The notes: generated by a model not told the origin, from the sequence alone. A DNA stretch of 54,748 nt from Promethearchaeota archaeon (GCA_016840085.1 JAEOTA010000072.1:1-54748), one strand, 5' to 3'; numbered from the stretch's first letter, positions 1 to 9,480 are shown. Translations and numbers: made by a program.

Positions 1-2
1 AA

Positions 3-128
3 GAATTACCCCCTACTGCGTTTAAATTTAAACAAGAGGGGGATGATAAAGATTTAAAGAATATTGAAGAACATATGTTCGATTTACCTCCAGTTAAGGA
101 GGATAAAAAAGAAGAGGAGGAGGCATAG
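3..128 (+). CDS. hdrC: 3' end of probable heterodisulfide reductase subunit C (truncated by window edge)
   Basis: Open frame ELPPTAFKFKQ...EEEEA* ending at TAG 126-128, 2 nt before hdrB; ELPPT resembles the HdrC C-terminal motif; hdrCB order is standard. Confidence 0.65.
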   Translation, partial: ELPPTAFKFKQEGDDKDLKNIEEHMFDLPPVKEDKKEEEEA

Positions 129-130
129 AA

Positions 131-1051
131 ATGGTTAAAGAAAACACTTTTGCTTTCTTTTTAGGATGTTTAATGCCAAATCGATATCCTGCTATTGAAA
201 AATCAACGAAATTTGTAATGGATAAATTAGGATATGAACTCTTAGATATGGAGAGAGCAACCTGTTGCCCAGCTCCAGGAGTATTTCGATCTTTTAATAA
301 AGTTGATTGGATGGTAGCAGCAGCAAGAAATATTTGCATAGCAGAACAATTAGATGCTGATATATTAACTGTTTGCAATGGATGTTTCGGAACTCTCCAA
401 GAGGTTAACAAACACTTGAAAACAAATGAAGAACATCGTGGAATGGTAAATAAAAAATTGAAGCTTATTGGAGATTATGAATTTAAAGGAACGATAGATG
501 TTCGACATATTGCTGAAGTTTTAGGCTTTGAGATAGGTCCATGGGGAATTGAAGATCATATCGTTCGAAAAGTTAATGCTAGAGCTGCTATTCACTATGG
601 GTGTCATTTTTTGAAACCAACAAGGATTAGAGAGATTGAAAGTTCAGAAGGACCAACAATTGTAGAGGAATTTATTGAAGTATTAGGAATAGAATCAGTC
701 AGATTTAAAGAACAACTTACTTGCTGTGGAGCTGGAGGCGGGGTCAAAGCATATGATGGAAACTCAAGTATGATAATATTTGCTGATAAAATGAAAAATA
801 TTGATGAAGTAAAACCCGATTTTATTTTGGATATTTGTCCATTTTGTCATTTACAATATGAAACCGGACAAGATTACCTAAATAAGAATAAAAATTGTAA
901 TTATGATTACCCTGTAATTCATCTTTCTCAATTAACTGCCTATTGTATGGGGATGGATCAAGAATTTATTGGTCTACAATATCAATTAATGGGTAAAGAT
1001 TATATCTTTGGGAGAGAAGAAATAAAAAAGGAAGGAGAGGAGGCAATATAA
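131..1051 (+). CDS. hdrB: Heterodisulfide reductase subunit B (two CCG domains)
   Basis: FLGCLMPNRY, TCCPAPG, CNGC, HYGCH, CCGAGGG and CPFCHLQ motifs of the non-cubane Fe-S sites; GGAGG upstream. Confidence 0.95.
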   Translation: MVKENTFAFFLGCLMPNRYPAIEKSTKFVMDKLGYELLDMERATCCPAPGVFRSFNKVDWMVAAARNICIAEQLDADILTVCNGCFGTLQEVNKHLKTNEEHRGMVNKKLKLIGDYEFKGTIDVRHIAEVLGFEIGPWGIEDHIVRKVNARAAIHYGCHFLKPTRIREIESSEGPTIVEEFIEVLGIESVRFKEQLTCCGAGGGVKAYDGNSSMIIFADKMKNIDEVKPDFILDICPFCHLQYETGQDYLNKNKNCNYDYPVIHLSQLTAYCMGMDQEFIGLQYQLMGKDYIFGREEIKKEGEEAI

Positions 1052-3082
1052 TTGACAGTTAAAAATCAGAAAATAAAAGAAACAGAAGAGGTCGAGGGCA
1101 TGGTAATATCCGAAGATTCTAAAGAACCTAGAATTGGTGTTTTTGTTTGCCATTGCGGTCATAATATAGCTGGAACTGTTGATGTAGCTGAAGTCGCTGA
1201 GCATGCAAAAACTTTACCTAATGTTGTTAAAGCTGAACATTATATGTTTATGTGTTCAAAACCGGGAGTTCAGATGGTTAAAGATTCTATAAAGGAATTA
1301 GGAGTTAATCGAACTGTGGTAGCTTCTTGCTCTAAAAATCAACATGGCAAAACATTTGCTAGAGCAATTGAAGAAGTAGGTTTGAATAAACACCGTCATC
1401 AACAAGTTAACGTGAGAGAATATAATAGTTGGGTTCATAAAAAAGAAAAAGAAAAAGCAACTCAAAAAGCTATGAAGTTGGTTGAAGCAGGAGTGAATCG
1501 AGCTAGAAAATTAGAGGATGTAGAAACAAGAAGAATTCCAACAACAAAAGTGGCATTAGTTATAGGAGCGGGAATTGCTGGACTCCGATCAGCTTATGAC
1601 ATGGCGGAATTAGGAATTCCCGTATATTTAGTGGAAAAAGAATCTACTATTGGAGGTCATATGACTCGATTAAACAAAACCTTCCCAACTTTAGAGTGTC
1701 CACAATGTTCAATATCCCCTCTCACGAATGGAGTAGCTAATCATCCTTTAATAGAACTTTATACTAATGCTCAAGTGAAAAGCGTTGAGGGATCATTAGG
1801 AAACTTTGAAGTTGAGATTGAAGTTAAACCCAGGTATGTTAAAGATAATTGTACTTCTTGTGGCGAATGTGCTGCACATTGTCCTGTCGAATTACCCAGC
1901 GAATGGGATATGGGGATGTCCATGAGGAATGCAATCTATAAAGCATATCCACAAGCAATACCTGCTACTTATGTAAGAGATAAGAAAAATTGTATTGAAT
2001 GCAATACCTGTATTAATATTTGTCCTGTCCAAGCAATTGATTTCTCAATGAAACCAGAAACGAAAACTGTGAAGGTTGGTTCAATTATAGTTGCTGCTGG
2101 ATATGATGAATATGATCCTTCTGAAATTGAACCCTATCATTATGGACAAGAGGGATTCGAAGATGTGATTACACAATTAAAATTAGAACGGATGATGTCT
2201 CCAACATCGCTTACTAATAGTGAGGTTCTACGACCTTCTGATGGAAAAATCCCTAAAAGTGTTGTCATGATCCAATGTGTAGGAAGTCGAAATGATCAAG
2301 TTGGAAATCAATATTGTACTGGTGTATGTTGTAAATTTGCAATAAAAAATGCAAGAATTATTAAAGAAATGTATCCTGATACTGATGTATCAATATGTTA
2401 TATAGATATTCGAACACCAGGATTAAATTTTGAAGAATTATATAAATCTGCCCAAGAGATTGGGGTAAGGTTTATACGAGGAAGGCCATCCGAGATTATA
2501 AAAGATCCAATTTCGGGAGAATTACAAGTAATTGTTGAAGATACATTAAGTCAGACACCTTTAAAACTAAAAGCTGATTTAGTTGTTCTTTCTGCTGCTA
2601 TGGTTCCTCCTGAAGGAATTGGTCCACTTGGTTCTAAACTTCATGTTTTAAGGTCCAAAGAGGGATTTTTAAAAGAGTTTCATATAAAAATGAATCCTAC
2701 TTTAAGTAGTAAGGGAGGGATTTTCTTGGCAGGTGCAATTCAAGGTCCAAAGGATATTTCAGAAACGGTTGCTCATGCTGGTAATGCTGCTGCTTTAGCC
2801 GCAGCTCCTTTAGTGAAAGGATATATCGAAAAAGAAATACTAATTCCTTCGATTGATTATGATTTATGTGTAAATTGTGAACTTTGTAAAACAGTATGCG
2901 CTCCAGCAGCAATAGACATCGATGAAAATGGATCTCCAGTTATAAATGAAATTGCTTGTAAATCTTGTGGTATGTGTATGCCTGTATGTCCTACAGGCGC
3001 GATTCAATTAATAAATTTTAGAGATGATCAACTATTAGATGAAATAATTGCCGTATCTGGCGGAGGTGCTGTTTGCGAATGA
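1052..3082 (+). CDS. hdrA: Heterodisulfide reductase subunit A (FAD, electron-bifurcating type), TTG start
   Basis: GVFVCHCG, GAGIAG, LNKTFPTLECPQC, inserted and C-terminal 2x[4Fe-4S] ferredoxin domains, QCVGSR..YCTGVCC, QGPKDI. Confidence 0.97.
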   Translation: MTVKNQKIKETEEVEGMVISEDSKEPRIGVFVCHCGHNIAGTVDVAEVAEHAKTLPNVVKAEHYMFMCSKPGVQMVKDSIKELGVNRTVVASCSKNQHGKTFARAIEEVGLNKHRHQQVNVREYNSWVHKKEKEKATQKAMKLVEAGVNRARKLEDVETRRIPTTKVALVIGAGIAGLRSAYDMAELGIPVYLVEKESTIGGHMTRLNKTFPTLECPQCSISPLTNGVANHPLIELYTNAQVKSVEGSLGNFEVEIEVKPRYVKDNCTSCGECAAHCPVELPSEWDMGMSMRNAIYKAYPQAIPATYVRDKKNCIECNTCINICPVQAIDFSMKPETKTVKVGSIIVAAGYDEYDPSEIEPYHYGQEGFEDVITQLKLERMMSPTSLTNSEVLRPSDGKIPKSVVMIQCVGSRNDQVGNQYCTGVCCKFAIKNARIIKEMYPDTDVSICYIDIRTPGLNFEELYKSAQEIGVRFIRGRPSEIIKDPISGELQVIVEDTLSQTPLKLKADLVVLSAAMVPPEGIGPLGSKLHVLRSKEGFLKEFHIKMNPTLSSKGGIFLAGAIQGPKDISETVAHAGNAAALAAAPLVKGYIEKEILIPSIDYDLCVNCELCKTVCAPAAIDIDENGSPVINEIACKSCGMCMPVCPTGAIQLINFRDDQLLDEIIAVSGGGAVCE

Positions 3083-3531
3083 GTGTGTGTGAAATCACTG
3101 ACGAATTGATAAAAGAAAAGATTCAAGATGTTGTTGTTTTTATGTGTAACGAATGTGGTCAAGGATCTGCTAATACTGCGGGTGTTGCACGAATGGGATA
3201 TAATCCAGCAATAAGAATAATCAGAGTTCAATGTACAGGTCAAATTGGTCCTATTCAAATTATGGATGCATTAAATAATGGAGCAGATGCTGTTGCTTGC
3301 ATTGGATGCTGTTTAGGAGCTTGCCATTTTTTTAATGGAAATATACTTTCAATGCATAGAATTAAACTGATGAAGAAATTATGCAAAGAGTTAGGATATA
3401 GTGATCAATTTTTAAACCAATATACATCTCGAGCAGCAGAAGGCGAAACCGCTGTAGGTGATTTTGAAGATATTATAGATAGATTATCAACTGCAATTAA
3501 AGATGAGGGAACGATTAAAGATGGATGTTAA
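3079..3531 (+). CDS. mvhD: MvhD/FlpD [2Fe-2S] subunit
   Basis: FMCNEC, IRVQCTG, GCCLGACHFFNGN; likely start is ATG 3079, overlapping the hdrA stop (ATGA). Confidence 0.9.
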   Translation: MSVCEITDELIKEKIQDVVVFMCNECGQGSANTAGVARMGYNPAIRIIRVQCTGQIGPIQIMDALNNGADAVACIGCCLGACHFFNGNILSMHRIKLMKKLCKELGYSDQFLNQYTSRAAEGETAVGDFEDIIDRLSTAIKDEGTIKDGC

Positions 3532-4756
3532 AGTATTTCAATTCAATGGTTGCAATAAATGTTTTAACGAAACGTTACTCCTAAAGTTGGATTCGAATTA
3601 TAAAATACAATTTATAAAAGAACCACAAAATTGGAAAGGAGTAAAAACAGAAGTAGCTGTAATCACTGGATATCTATTACCAGATGATAAAGTACATCTA
3701 GAGAAAATTAAGGTAAACTCAGAACGAGTTATTGCATATGGAGATTGTACAACCATGGGAGGAGTTTTTGCATTAGCAAACCAAAATGGTTATGAAATTA
3801 CACCTTTAAAAGAATTTATTGATTATCAAATAAATGTTAATGGTTGTTTAGGGGAAATTGAAGAATTAAAGTCGGTGATTGACAGAAAAGAACCATCAAA
3901 ACTAAAATCTCTCTGTGAGGTGTGTGCACGCAAGGCAACTTGTGAATATTTAGATGCTGTATACCGTCAGATTGAATCAGATGATAAAGAAACGTGTTAT
4001 AATGATTTAGGATTTCTATGTAATGGATTTATAGCTAAAGAATGTAAAGAACGATGTATCAACTACAACACACCCTGCAGAGGTTGCAAACCAATGGTAG
4101 AAAGATCTGGTATTAGAATGTTAGGAATGTTCGGCACACTTATGGGAAATATTGAAATTGTTACTGAGCACTCTGAAAAGGGCGCAACTGATAAACTTGG
4201 AGATGAAGAAGATGATGTAACAAGAAGTTTACCTGATATTCTTGGTAACTTCTTTAGATTCACACTGCCTACCTCCGGTTTGCCTAAAGGAAGAATAAAA
4301 TCTTCAGGTACAACATTAGAAAATGTTTTTACAGGAAGATTAATTGAAGAATTGCCATTAATTTCTGGATTATTAGGGGGAAGTAAGTCAATTTCATTAA
4401 CACTAAAAATTATTGAATCCTATGAGGAGGCAAATCAAATTGAAATAAGCGAGAGAACAAAGAAATATCGTGAAGAATTATTGAAATTAGAAACAGATCT
4501 TGAGAAAGCGTTGGAAAATGAAGATTCAAAACAGTATAAAGAAATAACTAGTGAAATTCGAAAAATTGCTGGTAATATGAATTTATCTAACATCTTCTTT
4601 GGTGGATTTAAATCCCAAATTAATGAAAATGACAATTTTGATGATTACAAAAGCCACATTTTTGAAGTGGTTGAAGGAACCTATAAGCACGGTTCAGTTG
4701 AATATACAATAGATCCTAATGGTATAGTTAAAGAAATTAAGATTAAAGAGGGATGA
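3521..4756 (+). CDS. MvhG-like hydrogenase small subunit fused to a degenerate, Cys-less MvhA-like N-terminal fragment
   Basis: GCNKC, YGDC..GG, NGC, LCEVC, CYNDLGFLCNG, PCRGC and DILGNFFRFTLP match MvhG; the C-terminal ~150 aa resemble the large-subunit L1 region without cysteines; likely start ATG 3521. Confidence 0.8.
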   Translation: MDVKVFQFNGCNKCFNETLLLKLDSNYKIQFIKEPQNWKGVKTEVAVITGYLLPDDKVHLEKIKVNSERVIAYGDCTTMGGVFALANQNGYEITPLKEFIDYQINVNGCLGEIEELKSVIDRKEPSKLKSLCEVCARKATCEYLDAVYRQIESDDKETCYNDLGFLCNGFIAKECKERCINYNTPCRGCKPMVERSGIRMLGMFGTLMGNIEIVTEHSEKGATDKLGDEEDDVTRSLPDILGNFFRFTLPTSGLPKGRIKSSGTTLENVFTGRLIEELPLISGLLGGSKSISLTLKIIESYEEANQIEISERTKKYREELLKLETDLEKALENEDSKQYKEITSEIRKIAGNMNLSNIFFGGFKSQINENDNFDDYKSHIFEVVEGTYKHGSVEYTIDPNGIVKEIKIKEG

Positions 4757-7230
4757 ATATGAGTTTTGAATTATTGAAAAAAGAAATTATTGACGTTGGA
4801 TTATGCCAAGGTTGTGGATTATGTACCGGTTCCTGTAAGCATATTGAGATGGAAGTATTACGGCCTATATTAAAGGATTATTGTATCCTTGAAAGAGATG
4901 GACAAGATTGTGGCAAATGTTATCAAAGTTGTCCTCAAGTTATCCAGAAAAAGTTTAAACAAAAACAACCTAAAGCAATTTATTCTTTAAGAAGCAAAAA
5001 TCCTGAAATTTTGACTAAAGCTGCTAATGGTGGTGTAGTTACAACCCTAGCTAAAAATCTATTAGATAATCAATCACTTGCTAAAATAATTATGGTTCAA
5101 GATTTCAATGAAAAACCTCAAGCAGACATTGTAACTGACCCTGATGAAGTTGTAAAAAAGGCTGGAGTAGTATACGGACGTTCAGGAGTTTTAGAAAAAT
5201 TAGTAGAAGTTGTTGGAGAAACTTTCGAACCTATAGGAATAGTTGGGGTTCCTTGTGAGATGAGAGGTGCTGCTGAATTGGAGGAAGAAATGAATAGAGA
5301 AATTTTAAAAATTGGTTTATTTTGTAATTCTCAAATGCAAACAGAACAAACTGACAAAGGCATAGTATGTTCTCCTTGCTGTAGTGGTTGTCCATCAGGG
5401 GTAAATGCACAAGGATATATTTCCCTAATTAGACAAGGTCAATATCAAGACGCTGTTGATTTAATCCGTGAAAGTAACCCACTTCCTTCTATATGTGGAA
5501 GAATTTGTACTAATGAATGTGAACATGGTTGTACTTTGATTGGAGATGACCATCCAGTAGCAATCCGAGAACTAAAGAAATTCGTGACTGAATGGGAGAT
5601 AGAACAAGCTAAAAAGAATAGTGCAAAAGGTAAAAGAAATATTAAAAAAGGTGCTAAAAAAGTAGCAATTATAGGTTCTGGACCAGCAGGGTTAACTGCT
5701 GCATATTTTTTAAGAAGAATAGGGTATGCACCAACTATTTTTGAAAAATCAGATCAAACAGGAGGCATGCTAAGATTCGGAGTACCGCAATTTAGATTAC
5801 CAAATTATGTATTAGATTACGATGTACAAAATATTCAAAATTCAGGGGTCGAGATAATTCTAAATAAACCATTAGGACCCGAAATGACGATTGAAGACTT
5901 AAAAAATGATGGATTTGAAGCTATTTTTATCGCTACTGGCCAATATAAACTTCGGACACTTCATTTAGAAGGAGAAGACCTTCCTAATGTTCATGTAGCA
6001 ATTACGTTTCTAATGGATAGAAAATACCGCTATTGGGAAAATAAAGAAGAATTTAAGGGAAAAACTCTGGGGATAATTGGTGGTGGTCCTGTAGCAATTG
6101 ATGTTGCTCAAACAGCTCTTCGATTAGGTGCAACCAAAGTTCATCTTGTTGATATAATGACAGAAGGACAACTTGAACTAGTTTTAAAAGACATTCCAGA
6201 AAATGAAATTGATTATATGCAATATCATTTTACTACGTCAACATCTAGAATTACTCAGAATAATGAAGGAAAACTCATGTTAAATTGTTATAAAATTGAA
6301 TGGGGAACTCCTGATGAAAATGGTAAAAGACCGTTAAATAAGATTGAAGATTCAGATTATGAAATTCCAATTGATTCAATTGTAATTGCTGTTGGTCAAG
6401 CTGTTGATTTTGACCAGATTGATGTTGCTACTGATAATAAATTAGAAAAAGAGCGAAATAAGATTAAAATAAATGAAGTCACTTTTGAAACAAACATACC
6501 TGGAGTATTTGCAGGTGGAGACATAATTAATAATTCAAAAGCAGTAGCAATTGCGGCAATAGCTCATGGAAAAGAAGCTGCTATCTCAATAGATAAATTT
6601 CTAAAAGGAGAGGATTTAATAGCCGGACGATATAAACAAGATAAGATGTTTTTTACTGGACCTAAAAAATCTCCAAAAGATTATTCGCCTAAACCAGGAA
6701 ATTTAGAAGAAGCTACTGAAGAAATTCAGTGGAGTTTTGAAGAGATTGATCAAATGTTTAATGAAGATATGGCATTAAAAGAAGCTCGCCGATGTTTAAG
6801 TTGTAATCATTTTTGCTCTCATTGTCAAGATTTTCCAGCAATTTATTCTGATTTAACTGCTGGTGAAGTTGGTTCTCAAAAAGGATATACAACAGTTGTA
6901 GTTTGGACTGATAAAGGTAAAGAAATCGTAGAGTCAGCAATCAAAAACGGTTTATTTGAAGAAGGAGAAGTGAACGAGGGTGAATTAAACAAAGCAATTA
7001 ACCTAAAGTCAAAACGAGAGCTCTTAACTTTTGAAAAAACTCCAAGACAGCAAATCTTAGATTATATCACCATCCAAGGACAAAGTACTATAAGTGATCT
7101 GGCAAAACAGTTAGATATTGAACCTAAAAAAGTACGATATGAAGCACTTCGACTAGCTCAATTAATGCAAATTGAAATGAAAGTTGATCCTGATATGGAT
7201 GAGCCATTATTTACTTTAATATGTGATTAA
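4753..7230 (+). CDS. Ferredoxin-FrhB/FdhB family protein with an inserted GltD/NfnB-type FAD/NAD(P)H oxidoreductase module and C-terminal wHTH
   Basis: CQGCGLC..C, NGGVVT, VGVPCE, IGLFC (FrhB N-part); PCCSGCP, NPLPSICGRIC, GSGPAG, GGMLRFGVP, GGGPVA, FAGGD, EARRCLSC (GltD); CSHCQDF..DLTAGEVGS..TTVVV.TDKG (FrhB C-part); QQILDYI..TISDLAKQL (HTH). Confidence 0.85.
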   Translation: MNMSFELLKKEIIDVGLCQGCGLCTGSCKHIEMEVLRPILKDYCILERDGQDCGKCYQSCPQVIQKKFKQKQPKAIYSLRSKNPEILTKAANGGVVTTLAKNLLDNQSLAKIIMVQDFNEKPQADIVTDPDEVVKKAGVVYGRSGVLEKLVEVVGETFEPIGIVGVPCEMRGAAELEEEMNREILKIGLFCNSQMQTEQTDKGIVCSPCCSGCPSGVNAQGYISLIRQGQYQDAVDLIRESNPLPSICGRICTNECEHGCTLIGDDHPVAIRELKKFVTEWEIEQAKKNSAKGKRNIKKGAKKVAIIGSGPAGLTAAYFLRRIGYAPTIFEKSDQTGGMLRFGVPQFRLPNYVLDYDVQNIQNSGVEIILNKPLGPEMTIEDLKNDGFEAIFIATGQYKLRTLHLEGEDLPNVHVAITFLMDRKYRYWENKEEFKGKTLGIIGGGPVAIDVAQTALRLGATKVHLVDIMTEGQLELVLKDIPENEIDYMQYHFTTSTSRITQNNEGKLMLNCYKIEWGTPDENGKRPLNKIEDSDYEIPIDSIVIAVGQAVDFDQIDVATDNKLEKERNKIKINEVTFETNIPGVFAGGDIINNSKAVAIAAIAHGKEAAISIDKFLKGEDLIAGRYKQDKMFFTGPKKSPKDYSPKPGNLEEATEEIQWSFEEIDQMFNEDMALKEARRCLSCNHFCSHCQDFPAIYSDLTAGEVGSQKGYTTVVVWTDKGKEIVESAIKNGLFEEGEVNEGELNKAINLKSKRELLTFEKTPRQQILDYITIQGQSTISDLAKQLDIEPKKVRYEALRLAQLMQIEMKVDPDMDEPLFTLICD

Positions 7231-7264
7231 GACTAAAACTAATAAATATTAAAAGGTAAAGAAT

Positions 7265-7501
7265 ATGAAATTTGATATGGAATTAAATGTCTGCGGATTA
7301 GTATGTCCTGTTCCAGCTTTAAAAACAAAGAAACAACTCATGAAAATGAGACCTGGAACTGTTTTGAAGGTTATAACAGATTACAAACCGGCAAGTGAAT
7401 CTGTTCCACGTGATTTAGCAAAAACGAAACACAAGCATTTAGGAACAGACTTTATAGAAGACGATGAGCAATGGTATATCTATTTTGAAGCAGTGAAGTA
7501 A
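7265..7501 (+). CDS. tusA: TusA/SirA-family sulfur carrier protein
   Basis: LNVCGLVCPVP (CPxP motif), G.VLKVITD..A..SVP; 78 aa. Confidence 0.9.
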   Translation: MKFDMELNVCGLVCPVPALKTKKQLMKMRPGTVLKVITDYKPASESVPRDLAKTKHKHLGTDFIEDDEQWYIYFEAVK

Positions 7502-7641
7502 GATTAAAATTATATCTTTTTATCTTTATTTTTTATTAAATTTTATTCTCTTGATTTCAATTTTTACATTATATTTAAAATTATAAGTAGCTTATTAATG
7601 TTAATTATAGTTATAAGATTATAATTCCAATCAGAGGAGTA

Positions 7642-7918
7642 TATGTCTCAATCAGAACCAAGAGAATTAACTCAAGCTAAAGAATTATTTAAAGAAGGGA
7701 AATTAGTAGACTCTCTTCAATTATTAGAGGATTTAAAAAGGTGATACCTTAGAACGAGCAGCAAATATTACTGGAGCCTTATTGTGGGATCTTTTTGATG
7801 AAATGAAAAATCGGGGTATAACTTCAAAATTTGATATCGATCAAGAGAAAGAAACATATCTACGTGTTTTTGGGAAAGTTAATAAAGTATTAAAAGATAA
7901 AATAAGAGATCTTCAATA
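7642..7918 (+). pseudogene. Chimeric remnant: 5' end of a TPR-like gene joined out of frame to the 3' end of a UPF0175-like antitoxin
   Basis: GAGGAG then MSQSEPRELTQAKELFKEGKLVDSLQLLE*; in another frame TLERAANITGALLWDLFDEMKNRGI..DLQ*. Confidence 0.5.
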
Positions 7919-7980
7919 ATAAAGGATCAGCGTTTTGCAGAACCACTACCATAGTATATCCATGGGAAAAATATAAGTTT

Positions 7981-8148
7981 ACAATTGTTCAAACATTAGT
8001 GCCATTATTTGGAGTAATCTTCTCTGCTATATTTTTACAAGAGGAATTTGATGTTTCCATCTATCCTTTTGCCTTATTATTAGTAATATTTGGAATCACC
8101 CTTATAAATCGTAATTCCTCCTATAAAGAAGAAGAAAAATCTAGTTAA
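7981..8148 (+). pseudogene. EamA/DMT transporter 3' remnant (copy a)
   Basis: QTLVPLFGVIFSAIFLQEEF..PFALLLVIFGITLIN*; no 5' part; homologous to 9749-9910. Confidence 0.65.
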
Positions 8149-8232
8149 AGTGTTATAAAATGCAATTCAAATAAAATTTAAATTTTAACACTTCATAATA
8201 AATATTAATATATATATAGTATATTTGTATAC

Positions 8233-8532
8233 ATGAGGTATATTAATATGTCGATTGTGAAAATAAAAAATAAGAAAGCATTGGAACAGTTACAAGCTAA
8301 ATTAACACTAAGACTAGGGCGAAAAGCTACGCAGATAGAAATACTTGATTATTGTTTAATATTAGCAAATGATAATTTTGAAAAATTGGTGGAATTAGTG
8401 ACCTGCATGCCAATTTTAAGTCTTGAAAAATCTGAGCAAATTATCGAAGCGAGAAATAAACTTAAGAATGTAATTTATGATGAAGAAGCTTCCTTTGGCA
8501 GTAGAGATGATGAAGATATTTATAATGAATAA
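8233..8532 (+). CDS. Putative VapB-type antitoxin
   Basis: Small protein with basic N-terminus and acidic tail (RDDEDIYNE), directly upstream of a PIN gene. Confidence 0.7.
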   Translation: MRYINMSIVKIKNKKALEQLQAKLTLRLGRKATQIEILDYCLILANDNFEKLVELVTCMPILSLEKSEQIIEARNKLKNVIYDEEASFGSRDDEDIYNE

Positions 8533-8541
8533 TTCAGTATA

Positions 8542-9003
8542 ATGGTGAGAATAATGGGGGTTTTTCTTGATACGGGGTTTTACTTGGGGTTGTGTCATCC
8601 TAAAGATCAACATGCACAAGAAAGTGAAAAAATGTTGAAATTGCTTAGTATGGGAGAGCATGGATTATTATATAGTTCCAATCTTATCATTAGTGAAGTC
8701 ACAACTTTAGCAGCTGTGCGTTCCAATAATAATGTCAATGTATTAAACCATCTCGGAAATTTAATATGGGGAAAACAAAAAATTGCCACAGTCTTACATT
8801 TTGAATCGTATTTAGAATCTGAAACTTGGGAATTATTTAAGAAAATAAATACCATCGATTTGAAAGACTCAAGGCCAATGAGTTTTGTTGATGTATCATC
8901 AATTGTTTTATGTCAACACCATCAAATTGATAAAATTGTAAGTTTTGATCCACATTTCGATAGATTTTTGGAAAAAATCAAAATGCTTCGTATTACTGAC
9001 TGA
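8542..9003 (+). CDS. vapC: VapC/PIN-domain toxin
   Basis: VFLDTG, HPKDQH, IISE, MSFVD, IVSFDPHF PIN motifs. Confidence 0.92.
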   Translation: MVRIMGVFLDTGFYLGLCHPKDQHAQESEKMLKLLSMGEHGLLYSSNLIISEVTTLAAVRSNNNVNVLNHLGNLIWGKQKIATVLHFESYLESETWELFKKINTIDLKDSRPMSFVDVSSIVLCQHHQIDKIVSFDPHFDRFLEKIKMLRITD

Positions 9004-9109
9004 TACACTTTTTCTTCTTTCGCATCAATTTTACAAAATAATAGGAGATAAACTATGTTAAAATAGATTTTAAGAAGAAATTAAAAAAAATAACCAAAAC
9101 ACATAAAAT

Positions 9110-9214
9110 TTGTTCACAGGCATAATCTTTGAATGATCTTTTTTTATTCGGTCTAAAACAATCTCAGTTTTAACCTCTTCTACTCCAGGGAGGTTGCGGA
9201 GCGTTTCAATAAGA
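9110..9214 (-). pseudogene. Lrp/AsnC regulator 3' remnant (copy a)
   Basis: LIETLRNLPGVEEVKTEIVLDRIK; homologous to 9905-9986. Confidence 0.7.
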
Positions 9215-9300
9215 AAAAAACTTAGTAAGAGTGAAATAGATTAAATTAACACTCTTATTTTAAATTTATTGATATATTAAAAAAAAATTTTAATTTGATA

Positions 9301-9480
9301 TTAATAATGAATTATCCGCTTTTTAGACCGCATTTCAATAATTATAGCTATAATAGCTACTCCACTTATTGCCAATATAAGGATACTCGTTGTGACATAA
9401 TCCAAACCAATTGCAGGACTTACCTTTTTTATTGTAACCGATTCTGAGGCAAGATGTCCTAACGTATCACTAATACTTTT
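9301..9480 (-). pseudogene. C-terminal remnant of a membrane-anchored surface protein
   Basis: DTLGHLASESVTIKK, then a hydrophobic helix and basic tail; no credible start or signal peptide. Confidence 0.5.

Noticed and set aside
1052-3531. Selenocysteine recoding in HdrA/MvhD, which are selenoproteins in some archaea including Lokiarchaeia
   Set aside because: Relevant positions are ordinary Cys codons with no in-frame TGA; the hdrA TGA is an ATGA overlap, and readthrough gives only 8 residues before another stop
3503-4756. Functional [NiFe] hydrogenase
   Set aside because: No RxCGxC or DPCxxC Ni-binding motifs anywhere in the operon
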